Of a DNA stretch of 64,000 nt, positions 36,952 to 47,536 are shown piece by piece. The notes below the pieces were generated by a model. The model did no database searches. It was not told the origin of the DNA and saw nothing but the letters and a program-made list of their open reading frames with translations. Position 1 is the stretch's first letter; each line of letters opens with the position of its first letter. Both the position numbers and the translations under genes were made by a program. This DNA comes from Candidatus Aminicenantes bacterium (GTDB taxonomy: Bacteria; Acidobacteriota; Aminicenantia; UBA2199), in the NCBI GenBank assembly GCA_963822075.1, contig CAWGGP010000001.1:231844-295843 (forward strand), read 5' to 3'.

Positions 36952-37839
36952 ATGACCGCCCAGCGCTTCAGGTACTTCGCCATCCCCGCCGTCCTGTTCC
37001 TGCTCACCCTGCTCTTCACCCTGGTCATCGGCGTCCAATATCACCTCGATTTCTACAACGTCGCCCTGCCCGCCGGCCAGGGGTTCTGGGGCTTCCTCTG
37101 GGGCCACCCCGGCGCCTGGATCTGGGGTTTCGCCTACTCTTTCTCGCTGCTGGGCATCCTGCTGGTCCACGAGATGGGCCATTTCTGCGCCTGCCGCCTC
37201 CACCGTTTGGAGGCCACCCTGCCCTATTTCATCCCGGCGCCCACCCTGATCGGCACGTTCGGCGCCTTCATCAAGATCCGCTCGCCGTTCTCCTCGAAGA
37301 AGTCCCTTTTCGACGTGGGGCTGGCCGGGCCGCTCGCCGGCTTCCTGGTCGCCTTGCCGGTCATCGCCCTGGGCATCGCGCGCTCGCGGGTCGTGGAGCA
37401 GGGGACGCTGGCCACCGGGCTGACCCTGGGCGAGCCGCTGGTCTTCAAGCTGTTCAGCCGCCTGCTGCTGGGCGAGCTGCCCGCCCACCGCGAGTTGCTG
37501 GTCCACCCCATGGCGTTCGCCGGCTGGTTCGGCCTGCTCGCCGCCGCCTTCAACCTCTTTCCCATCGGCCAGCTGGACGGCGGCCACATCCTCTACGCCC
37601 TGCTCGGCAGGAAGGCCTATTACGCCGGGGTGGCGTCGATCGTCATCCTGGTCCTGCTGGGGATATTCTTCTGGCAGGGCTGGCTCTTCTGGGCGCTGAT
37701 CGTCACTCTGGTCGGCCTGCGCCACCCGCCGATATTCGAGGACGAGCGCCTCGACTGGCGAAGAAAGGCGCTCGCCGGCGTCGCCCTGCTCATCTTCATC
37801 CTCTGCTTCACGCCCGCCCCGCTGGCCATCGCCCCCTGA
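36952..37839 (+). CDS. M50-family site-2 protease (SpoIVFB-like, no PDZ)
   Basis: HEMGH zinc motif in TM helix, LDGG motif downstream. Confidence 0.75.
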   Translation: MTAQRFRYFAIPAVLFLLTLLFTLVIGVQYHLDFYNVALPAGQGFWGFLWGHPGAWIWGFAYSFSLLGILLVHEMGHFCACRLHRLEATLPYFIPAPTLIGTFGAFIKIRSPFSSKKSLFDVGLAGPLAGFLVALPVIALGIARSRVVEQGTLATGLTLGEPLVFKLFSRLLLGELPAHRELLVHPMAFAGWFGLLAAAFNLFPIGQLDGGHILYALLGRKAYYAGVASIVILVLLGIFFWQGWLFWALIVTLVGLRHPPIFEDERLDWRRKALAGVALLIFILCFTPAPLAIAP

Positions 37840-37885
37840 CCGCCGCCTTCTTTGAAAGGCGGCGATGCTGTGCTATTATTCCTGC

Positions 37886-40156
37886 ATGAAAAGGGCCTTC
37901 GACCGCTACATCCTGAAGGAGATCGCCTCCCCGTTCGCCATCGGCCTGCTGGTCTACACCTTCACCCTGCTGATCAACAACATCCTCATCCTCTCCAAGA
38001 CGCTGATCGCCAAGGGGGCGACGGCGGACACCATTTTCAAGATCCTGGTCTACCTGCTGCCCGACCTCTTCTCCTTCACCATCCCCATGGCGACCCTGAT
38101 GGGCGTGCTGGCCGGCATGAGCCGCCTGAGCTCCGACTCCGAGATCGTGGCCTTCCGCACCATGGGCCTGCGCAACCGCCAGCTGCTCAAGCCGGTGATG
38201 ATGTTCTCGGTCGCCACCTGGCTCTTCTCCTCATGGCTGATCATGTACCTGGCGCCCGAGGCCAACTACCGCTTCAGCAAGCTGTACACCGGGGTGGCGC
38301 TTTCGCAGACGATCTCCGGGATCAAGCCCGGGGTCTTCTACCAGGGGCTGCCGTTCTACAGCCTCTATTTCCGCGACCAGGGCCGCGACGGCGAATGGCG
38401 CGACGTGTTCCTCTGCTCCATGATGAAGCCCGACGAGGACACGCTGATCTTCGCCCGCCGCGGCCGCTTCATTTACAAGCAATCCCAGAAAGACAATTAC
38501 ATCGTGCTCTCCGACGGCGTGGTGCACGCATTCAAGAAAAAGGACCCGGGCAAGTATTCGCTGACCTTCTTTTCCCGCAAGACCGAGAAGATCAGCAACC
38601 TGGTCACCATCCGCCAGACGCGGCGCAGCACCCAGATGGTCTTCCCCGAGCTGCTGCGCCGCAGACGCGCCGAGCCGGACGACGTGCTGCTGAGCCTCGA
38701 GTTCCACAAGAAGTTCGCCCTGCCCTTCGCCTGCCTGGCCCTGGGCTTCCTGGGCATGTCCCTGGGCATCTCCACCCGCAAGGGGGGCAAGACCAGCGGC
38801 TTCGTCATCTCGCTGGGGATCATTTTCATCTACTACGTGCTGATGACCGCCGGCCGCAACCTGATCATCAAGAGGATCGTCTCCCCCTTCTGGGGCTCGT
38901 GGGCGCCCACCCTGTTCCTGGTCGGCATCGGCATCTGGCTCTACCGCTATTCGACCCTGGAAAAGGAGATCGTCTGGGACAGGATCTTTTCCTTCGGCCC
39001 GAAGCGGCGTAAATCCGCCGAGCCGCCGCCCGCCCAGGTCGGCCCCAGGGAATCGGCCTGTTTCGCCTGGCGCCCGCTCAAGATACTCGACGGTTACGTG
39101 CTGCGCCGGATGGCCATGATCTTTTTCCTGGTTTTTTCGTCGCTGCTGCTGGTCTTTTACATCATCAACATCCTGGAACTGGTCGACAACATCATCGAAA
39201 ACAAGGTCTCCTTCCTCTATTTGTTGAAATACGATTATTACATGACCCCGGAATTCCTCACCCTCATCCTGCCCATCTCCATATTGACCGCCGTGCTGCT
39301 CACCTTTTCGCTGATGAGCAAGAACAACGAGGTGATCGCGGTCCAGGTCAGCGGCGTCAGCCTGCTGCGCCTGGCGCTGCCGGCCGTTTTCCTGGGGCTT
39401 TTTCTGTCGCTGACCACGTTTTTCATCCAGGAAAACATACTCCCCGAAGCCAACCTGCAGGCGGCGAGGATGCTGGACGTGATCCACAAGCGCCAGTCCG
39501 CCGCGGACATGGAGTTCGCCCGCAACTGGGTGCTGGGCCGCGACAACCAGATCTATTTCTACGATTATTATGAAAAGCAAAAAAGGCGCTTCATCAATTT
39601 CAACGTCCTCTACCTGGACAACGGGTTCCGGCTGCAGCGGCGCGTCAGCGCCAACAGCGCCACCTGGCAGTCGGACCAGTCGCTGCTGCTGCGCGCGGGC
39701 TTTTCCAGGAATTTCCAGGACAACCTCCCCGGGGCGCTGATCCCCTTCCGCGAGCTGCCGCTGGCCATCGCGGAGAACCAGCAGTTCTTCACGGAAAAAG
39801 TGAAGTTCTCCGGGGCGATGAACAGCCGCCAGCTGAAGGAGTATATCCGCTACCTGCGCACGAACCGCAGCGACCCGCTGCGCTACCAGTCCCAGCTCTA
39901 CAACAACTACGCCTTCCCCTTTTCGTCGCTGGTCATGGTGTTCATCGCCATCCCCTTCTCCTTCCTCATGGGCAACCGCGGGGCCCTGTTCGGCATCGGC
40001 ATCGCCGTGGGCATCTCCATGATCTACTGGGGGGCGCTGGGCATCTTCAGCTCGGTGGGCGCCACCGGAGTCATGTCGCCGCTGCTGGCCGCCTTCGCCC
40101 CACTGGTCCTGTTTTCGCTGATCTCGCTGGTCCTGTTCCTGAAGATCAAGACCTGA
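37886..40156 (+). CDS. Fused LptF-LptG (YjgP/YjgQ-family) LPS-export permease, single 756-aa ORF
   Basis: Two consecutive YjgP/YjgQ modules (FDRYILKEI… and LDGYVLRRMA…) with no stop or start between them. Confidence 0.7.
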   Translation: MKRAFDRYILKEIASPFAIGLLVYTFTLLINNILILSKTLIAKGATADTIFKILVYLLPDLFSFTIPMATLMGVLAGMSRLSSDSEIVAFRTMGLRNRQLLKPVMMFSVATWLFSSWLIMYLAPEANYRFSKLYTGVALSQTISGIKPGVFYQGLPFYSLYFRDQGRDGEWRDVFLCSMMKPDEDTLIFARRGRFIYKQSQKDNYIVLSDGVVHAFKKKDPGKYSLTFFSRKTEKISNLVTIRQTRRSTQMVFPELLRRRRAEPDDVLLSLEFHKKFALPFACLALGFLGMSLGISTRKGGKTSGFVISLGIIFIYYVLMTAGRNLIIKRIVSPFWGSWAPTLFLVGIGIWLYRYSTLEKEIVWDRIFSFGPKRRKSAEPPPAQVGPRESACFAWRPLKILDGYVLRRMAMIFFLVFSSLLLVFYIINILELVDNIIENKVSFLYLLKYDYYMTPEFLTLILPISILTAVLLTFSLMSKNNEVIAVQVSGVSLLRLALPAVFLGLFLSLTTFFIQENILPEANLQAARMLDVIHKRQSAADMEFARNWVLGRDNQIYFYDYYEKQKRRFINFNVLYLDNGFRLQRRVSANSATWQSDQSLLLRAGFSRNFQDNLPGALIPFRELPLAIAENQQFFTEKVKFSGAMNSRQLKEYIRYLRTNRSDPLRYQSQLYNNYAFPFSSLVMVFIAIPFSFLMGNRGALFGIGIAVGISMIYWGALGIFSSVGATGVMSPLLAAFAPLVLFSLISLVLFLKIKT

Positions 40157-40258
40157 GGCGCCGCCCACGGCAAAACCGGGGGCGGGTTTCCAAATGGCGG
40201 CGGATGTGATAAAATCCAGTATCTTGAAGCCCCATCCCCCAAATACCAGAGGTGAAGC

Positions 40259-40561
40259 ATGGAGAAGGAAGAACTAAAGGCGAACCAGGACGCCCTGGAG
40301 CGGCGCGGCAAGAAAAAGCCGTCGCCCAAGCAGAACCAGCTGACCCTGGTGCCGCTCTACTGCAAGGGCTGCGGCCTGTGCGTGGAGGTCTGCCCCACCG
40401 GCACCCTGCAGCTGTACGACGACCCCAAGAACAAGTTCGGCACCTCGGTGAAGATCGACGCCCAGGAATTCTGCATCGGCTGCAAGATGTGCGAGCTGCA
40501 GTGCCCCGATTTCGCCATATTCGTCAACTACGAGGAGAAGAAAAAGGAAGGTGGCAAATGA
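40259..40561 (+). CDS. 2-oxoacid:ferredoxin oxidoreductase delta subunit (2x[4Fe-4S] ferredoxin)
   Basis: CKGCGLCVEVCP and CIGCKMCELQCP. Confidence 0.8.
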   Translation: MEKEELKANQDALERRGKKKPSPKQNQLTLVPLYCKGCGLCVEVCPTGTLQLYDDPKNKFGTSVKIDAQEFCIGCKMCELQCPDFAIFVNYEEKKKEGGK

Positions 40562-41685
40562 GCCAGCGCAAGGTCCTGCAGGGCAACATCATCATCGCCA
40601 AGGCGGCGCTGGCGGCGGGCTGCGATTTCTTCGCCGGCTACCCCATCACCCCCTCCTCGGAGATCGCCCAGTACATGTCCAAGGAGATGCCGAAGATGGA
40701 GCGCACCTTCATCCAGATGGAGGACGAGATCGCCTCGCTGGGCGCCTGCATCGGCGCCTCGCTGGCCGGGAAAAAGGCCCTGACCGCCACCTCCGGCCCC
40801 GGGTTCTCCCTGATGCAGGAGCACATCGGCCTGGCGGTCATGGCCGAGGTGCCGGTGGTGATCGTCAACGTCATGCGCGGCGGCCCCTCGACCGGCATGC
40901 CCACCAAGCCGGCGCAGGCCGACATGATGCAGGCCCGCTGGGGCACCCACGGCGACCACCCGATCATCGCCCTGTACCCGGCGTTTTCCGACGAGATGTT
41001 CAGCGAGACGGTCCGCGCCTTCAACCTGGCCGAGAAATACTGGAACCCGGTGATCCTGCTTTCCGACGAGGTCCTGGGCAAGGCGCACATGGACGTGGAG
41101 ATCCCCGAGCCGGGAAGCTATGACGTGTATTGGGAAAAGACCAACGAGATCAAGGACCTGAACATCTACGACCGCAAGATCGGCGAGAACCCGCCGCGCA
41201 TCGACTTCTTCCACGGCTACCCGATCCACATCGACAGCCTGGAGCACGACGCCCACGGCTGGCCCTCGTTCGACGCCAAGACCGTGGACAAGATGCAGAA
41301 GCTGCGCATGCAGAAGATCTACCAGAACCTGGACGACATCATCAAGTACAAGGAATATTTCCTGGACGACGCCGAGGTGCTGGTGTTCAGCTTCGGCATC
41401 TCGGCCCGCGCCGCCCTGGCGGCGGTCAAGACGGCCCGCGAGCAGGGCATCAAGGCCGGGCTGTTCCAGGCCCTGACCGTCTGGCCCTTCCCCAGCGCCG
41501 CGCTGCGCGAGCGCTTCAAGAAGACGAAGAAGGTGCTGACCGTGGAATTGAACATGGGCCAGATGAAATACGAGGTGGAGCGCGTCGCCCCCGCCGACGT
41601 GGAGAAGCAGACGCTGCTGCGCGCCAACGGCATGCCCTTCACCCCCGACGAGGTGCTGAACGCCATCAAGGAGCTTGGCAAATGA
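40558..41685 (+). CDS. 2-oxoacid:ferredoxin oxidoreductase alpha subunit
   Basis: Kor/Por alpha pattern (GNIIIAKAALAAGCDFFAGYPITPSSEI…); start overlaps delta stop (ATGA). Confidence 0.85.
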   Translation: MSQRKVLQGNIIIAKAALAAGCDFFAGYPITPSSEIAQYMSKEMPKMERTFIQMEDEIASLGACIGASLAGKKALTATSGPGFSLMQEHIGLAVMAEVPVVIVNVMRGGPSTGMPTKPAQADMMQARWGTHGDHPIIALYPAFSDEMFSETVRAFNLAEKYWNPVILLSDEVLGKAHMDVEIPEPGSYDVYWEKTNEIKDLNIYDRKIGENPPRIDFFHGYPIHIDSLEHDAHGWPSFDAKTVDKMQKLRMQKIYQNLDDIIKYKEYFLDDAEVLVFSFGISARAALAAVKTAREQGIKAGLFQALTVWPFPSAALRERFKKTKKVLTVELNMGQMKYEVERVAPADVEKQTLLRANGMPFTPDEVLNAIKELGK

Positions 41686-42512
41686 GAGACTACGAAAAAT
41701 ACATCCGCTACCGTACCTTTCCCACCCCCTGGTGCCCCGGCTGCGGGGACGGCGTCATCCTCAAGTCCATCGCCATGGCCTTTGCCGAGCTGAACCTCGA
41801 CCCCGACGACATCATCGTGGTCGCCGGCATCGGCTGCTCCGGCCGCATGCCCACCTACTTCAACACCAACACCCTGCACACCACCCACGGCCGCGCCCTG
41901 ACGTTCGCCACCGGCATCAAGCTGGCCAAGCCCGAGAAGCTGGTGGTGGTCATCTCCGGGGACGGGGACGCCACGGCGATCGGCGGCAACCACCTGATCC
42001 ACGCCGCCCGGCGCAACATCGGCATCAAGATGATCCTGATCAACAACGGCATCTACGGCATGACCGGCGGCCAGGTCTCGCCGCTGACGCCGCCCTCGTT
42101 CTTCACCGAGACCACCCCCTACGGCAACATCGAGCCCCATTTCAACGTGCGCGAGCTGCTCACCGCCGCCAAGGCCACCTTCGTGGCCCGCGAGACGGTC
42201 AACCGCCTGATGCAGCTGAAGCAGGTGATCAAGAAGTCGTTCCAGCACAAGGGCTTCTCGGTGGTCGAGGTGATGAGCAACTGCCACGTCAACCTGGGGC
42301 GGCGCAACAAGATGAAGAGCCCGCTGGTGATGACCAAGTACATCCGCGACATCACCATGCCCATGGCCGAGTTCGAGAAGCTGTCGCCCGAGGAGCAGGC
42401 GCCGAAGTACCCGCTGGGCATCTTCGTGCAGGACACGCAGCGGCTGGAATACACCGACCTCTATTACAACCACATCGTTCCCGTGGCCCAGCAAGCCCAG
42501 GGGGGAAAATGA
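41682..42512 (+). CDS. 2-oxoacid:ferredoxin oxidoreductase beta subunit (TPP-binding)
   Basis: WCPGCGDG and GDGD-x-AIGGNH TPP motif; ATGA overlap with alpha. Confidence 0.85.
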   Translation: MRDYEKYIRYRTFPTPWCPGCGDGVILKSIAMAFAELNLDPDDIIVVAGIGCSGRMPTYFNTNTLHTTHGRALTFATGIKLAKPEKLVVVISGDGDATAIGGNHLIHAARRNIGIKMILINNGIYGMTGGQVSPLTPPSFFTETTPYGNIEPHFNVRELLTAAKATFVARETVNRLMQLKQVIKKSFQHKGFSVVEVMSNCHVNLGRRNKMKSPLVMTKYIRDITMPMAEFEKLSPEEQAPKYPLGIFVQDTQRLEYTDLYYNHIVPVAQQAQGGK

Positions 42513-43045
42513 AGAAATACGAGATACGCTACGCCGCCGTGGGCGGCCAGGGCATCATCACCGCCGGCGCCCTGCTGGTGGACATCGCCGTGGAGCTGGA
42601 GAACAAGTTCGCCATCGAAAGCCCCACCTACACCGCCGCCGTGCGCGGCGGCCCGACCAAGGTCGACGTCATCATCGCCGACGAGAAGATCGACTTCCCC
42701 CACGCCACCTCGATCGACTTCTTTCTCTGCACCGACCAGCGCCCCTACGACATCTACAAGGACCGCCTGAAGGACGACGCCATCGTGGTCGTCGATTCGC
42801 ACCTGGTGCGCGAGATCGGCGACACCAAACACTGGAAGGTCTACCAGGTGCCGATCATCAACGAGACCAAGGTGGGGGCGGGCAACGTGGTGCTGACCTC
42901 GGTGGTCAGCCTGGCCGTCACCCAGAAGCTGACCAATATCATCACCTACGACCACATGGTGGCGCACGTCAAGCACTGGGCCCCCAAGGGGGCGGTGGAG
43001 ATGAACATGAAAGCCATCGAGGTCGGGATGAACCTGATCAAGTAG
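42509..43045 (+). CDS. 2-oxoacid:ferredoxin oxidoreductase gamma subunit
   Basis: [15 protein letters not shown] motif; ATGA overlap with beta. Confidence 0.8.
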   Translation: MKKYEIRYAAVGGQGIITAGALLVDIAVELENKFAIESPTYTAAVRGGPTKVDVIIADEKIDFPHATSIDFFLCTDQRPYDIYKDRLKDDAIVVVDSHLVREIGDTKHWKVYQVPIINETKVGAGNVVLTSVVSLAVTQKLTNIITYDHMVAHVKHWAPKGAVEMNMKAIEVGMNLIK

Positions 43046-43046
43046 G

Positions 43047-44262
<1,216 letters not shown>

Positions 44263-44423
44263 TTTTTTTTAAGCACTGTCCTTTTTTTCCGTTTCGAACA
44301 AGCCCTGTGTCCTGTTTTTCATACAGAAAAATCAGATCATGCTGGAATAAAAAATGCTTGCCGATCAAGGGGAGCTTTACAAGTTTTTAGAACGCTACTA
44401 TCATGATTGGATCGGGAGGGACG

Positions 44424-46112
44424 ATGAAGAAATCGATCCGCAGCATATCCCTTTGGATAGCGATCTTCTCCGTGGCGGTTTTGCTTTTATCTCAACAGAC
44501 TGTCGAGCGCGAATATGTCCAGGTGCTGAATATCGAGATGCTGGTGCGGGTCATGAAGGACGGCCGCCCGCTCGCCGGGCTGAAGAAGGGGGACTTCACC
44601 CTGCTCGAGAATGGACGCAAGCAGGAGATCAACGGCTTTCTTGAAATGCACCGAAGCATTACTCCCCGCGAAGCCGCGCCGACGGTCGAAACCGGAAAAC
44701 TGAAACGACCCGGCCGCCTGTTCCTCCTCTTTTTCTGGATCCATGAGCCCTCGATCAAGGTCGACGAGGTGCTGGATTACTTTTTCAAGTACATTTACCG
44801 CGAGGGTGACCGGGTGATCCTGGCCGACCAGCGAAGCTCCATCGAAATCAATGCCGCGGCGGAAAAGGAAACCAGGGTCAACGAGTTCAAAGCCGGCGTA
44901 ATGGCGACGAGCCGGAATGTCCGTTTGGACAAGGAACGGGTCAGGCTACAGATCGAGTCGTACCTCCAGGATTACCTGGATTGCCTGAGCATGGAGCGCA
45001 AGAAAGGAGTATCTCCCAGGTGCGACCCGAATACAGTGGCCAGCCAATATGAGCAGCTGCTAAGGGAGTACCGGCTGCAATACCAGAAGCCCAACGTCGA
45101 GCGGCTCGAAGCCATGACCCGCGCCCTGGAAACCATCGACGCGGACAAATGGGCGCTGGTTTTTTTCCAGCATGACACCCTGCCGCTGCTGGATATCGAA
45201 AAAATGAAATTGGGGGATAACCAGTATCACCTGGGGGCGGTGCTTGAAAAGCTCGAAAAAGTGAACCGGGATCAGCTTTTTCCCATGGAGGTCCTGCATT
45301 TTGCCGAATCCCTGCGCATCCGCTTCATCCAGGCCAATACCCAGTTCCACTTGCTTTTCCTGGACAGCCGCCTGTCGCCGTCCGCCCTGGAAGCCGCATC
45401 ACGCTTCGATGTCATCAATCCGTTCCCGGTGTTTTCCAACTGGGAAGAGACCTTTCGCCAGATCACCGAGGCCACGGGCGGTGAGATCATGGACGGCAAC
45501 CGCATGCAGGAGGCGCTGGCCGAGGTGGCCAACCGGGAAGATATCTATTACATGCTCACCTATGCCCCGAGCGAAGGGAAAAGCCGCAAGCGGAAGGTCC
45601 AAATCAACGTGGATCGCGACGGCGTCACGGTCATCCACGGCCGGCGCGTGGAAATGGAGAACCTGCCGCAGATCAAGTTGGCCGCGATCGTCCCCTTCCC
45701 GGGCATGGTGCGCCTGGAACTGGAAAATATGTATATTATCGGCCAGGGGGAGGAACGCTCCGGCCTGGTCAGGGTCTCGCTCTCCGCCGCCCGGGAAGAT
45801 GAAACTCCGAAAATCCTGGTCAAAGATGTCGAGATCGCCACCACCGGGAGCGTAAAGATCCCCATCACCGGGCTGGAGCCGGGAAGATACAAGCTGGGAG
45901 TGAAAGTGGTCGATAGTTTCACCGGCATGCAAGCACAAGGCGAATCCCCCCTCGATATCCTGGGCGGGGAAATGTCCGCTGAAACCGTGGCGCTGTTGAA
46001 GCTGGCCGCCGATTACGCGGAGCGCCTGCGCCACGCGGCGTTCCGCTTCATCTGCCGGGAGACGGTCACCGAGGAGTGCTGTTGCGGGCCGCGATCCGAA
46101 TGGTTCCAATAA
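44424..46112 (+). CDS. Membrane-anchored hypothetical protein, N-terminus resembles VWFA-related acidobacterial domain; probably continues through frameshifts to about 46781
   Basis: TM anchor then LNIEMLVRVMKDGRPLAGLKKGDFTLLENGRKQEINGF; downstream frames 46150-46545 and 46620-46781 read as plausible protein continuation (…KFISSSGGSRQVELSRTWVEYSDFKFFVVDVQAKEEPLN*). Confidence 0.45.
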   Translation: MKKSIRSISLWIAIFSVAVLLLSQQTVEREYVQVLNIEMLVRVMKDGRPLAGLKKGDFTLLENGRKQEINGFLEMHRSITPREAAPTVETGKLKRPGRLFLLFFWIHEPSIKVDEVLDYFFKYIYREGDRVILADQRSSIEINAAAEKETRVNEFKAGVMATSRNVRLDKERVRLQIESYLQDYLDCLSMERKKGVSPRCDPNTVASQYEQLLREYRLQYQKPNVERLEAMTRALETIDADKWALVFFQHDTLPLLDIEKMKLGDNQYHLGAVLEKLEKVNRDQLFPMEVLHFAESLRIRFIQANTQFHLLFLDSRLSPSALEAASRFDVINPFPVFSNWEETFRQITEATGGEIMDGNRMQEALAEVANREDIYYMLTYAPSEGKSRKRKVQINVDRDGVTVIHGRRVEMENLPQIKLAAIVPFPGMVRLELENMYIIGQGEERSGLVRVSLSAAREDETPKILVKDVEIATTGSVKIPITGLEPGRYKLGVKVVDSFTGMQAQGESPLDILGGEMSAETVALLKLAADYAERLRHAAFRFICRETVTEECCCGPRSEWFQ

Positions 46113-46794
46113 GCCGAAGCGGAACTCCTGGCTCTATGAATACCAGGTCGTGGTGCGCGAAGGGAAGGTCACGGAAAGCCGGGCGTTGCTGCGGAAGAAC
46201 AGGACGAAGAAGCGCCTGGAAAACGCATCCCTGGAGACCCGTTTCCGTTCGTTGTACTCGGTTTTCCTGCCGGCAACATTGTTCGCCGCCGACAAGCAGC
46301 CCGCCTTTTTCTACAAGCTGGAAAAGCATGAAAAAATGAACAGGCGGCAAGTGGCTCGCCTGGCCGTCGCGACGCGGCCCGGGTTAGAGGAACAGGGCGC
46401 GGGCACGGCGTGGGTGGATGAGGAGACCGGTGCGGTGCTGAAGATCGAGCTGGCGCAACGGGCGATCAAGGGGATCGAGGCCGCGGAAAAGTGGGCGCAA
46501 AGATCGGGCGCCCGGCTTGCTGGTCAGCGATGTCCATTAATATGAGGTTGAGCGCGACGGCATCTGGCTGCCCAGCCGCACCTCCATTTCCGAGCATTAT
46601 GTTTTAAAAGTGGTCCCGTAGTAGAAGATTAGATAGAACCCCCGCTATCCTCGCAATCCAAGTTCATTTCCAGCAGCGGCGGGAGCCGCCAGGTCGAACT
46701 GTCGCGGACCTGGGTCGAATATTCCGATTTCAAATTTTTCGTGGTGGACGTCCAGGCCAAGGAAGAACCGTTGAATTAGTATTTATAAAACCGG

Positions 46795-47535
46795 TCAGAT
46801 CGTCGCCAATACCTTCTTGGCTTCCCTGATGACCCGCATGTGGGGGTCCCTGGTCAGCTTGAGGAGGTATTCCCTGGCCCGCTCGCGGTCGAGCTTGGCC
46901 AGCGCCGTGATCAGCTGCAGCCTGACCTCGACGTTGGGGTCGGCGAGCAGCTCGCCGATCTTTTCGAACAGCAGCGGGCTGCGGCGGTTGCCCAGGACCT
47001 CGACGATCGCCGCCCGCGTGTACCAGATCGAATGCGACAGCATGGCGAGCAGCTTGTTCTCGTCGAGCTGCTCGCGGCCCGACAGCTCCTTGACCACGAC
47101 CTCCCTGACCCGCAGGTTGTCCTCGGACAGGAACGAGAACAGCATGTCCTCGCCCGCCCGCCCGGTCTCGCTGACGATCAGCTTCACGGTCTCCAGCTTT
47201 TTCTCGTTGTTCTGCTTCTTGACCAGCTCGCGCATGGGGAAGAAGCCGAAGCCGTTGTCGAAGCCCCTGTCGCTCAGCGCCTTCTTGCAGGCCATGATCA
47301 CCGAGCTGTCGGGGTGTTGCAGGAACTGCTTGTAGAACGCGCGGTCGCGGAACTTCAGCTCGCGCAGGATCTTCAGGGCGCTGGCCAGGCACTTGGAGGA
47401 GATGTTTTCGCCCGCGGCGATCTCCTTCAGGAACTCGACGCGCTGCGCCTTGTCCATCTGCGCGAATTCCTCGGTCTTGAGGAACTTCACCTGGCCCGCC
47501 GGCGTGAGCTTCAGGAAATCTTCGCTGATGGCCAT
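46795..47535 (-). CDS. HEAT/PBS-lyase-repeat protein
   Basis: Repeated helical hairpins with VR/A motifs typical of HEAT repeats; starts 1 nt after ribBA stop. Confidence 0.6.
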   Translation of the reverse strand: MAISEDFLKLTPAGQVKFLKTEEFAQMDKAQRVEFLKEIAAGENISSKCLASALKILRELKFRDRAFYKQFLQHPDSSVIMACKKALSDRGFDNGFGFFPMRELVKKQNNEKKLETVKLIVSETGRAGEDMLFSFLSEDNLRVREVVVKELSGREQLDENKLLAMLSHSIWYTRAAIVEVLGNRRSPLLFEKIGELLADPNVEVRLQLITALAKLDRERAREYLLKLTRDPHMRVIREAKKVLATI

Positions 47536-47536
47536 G

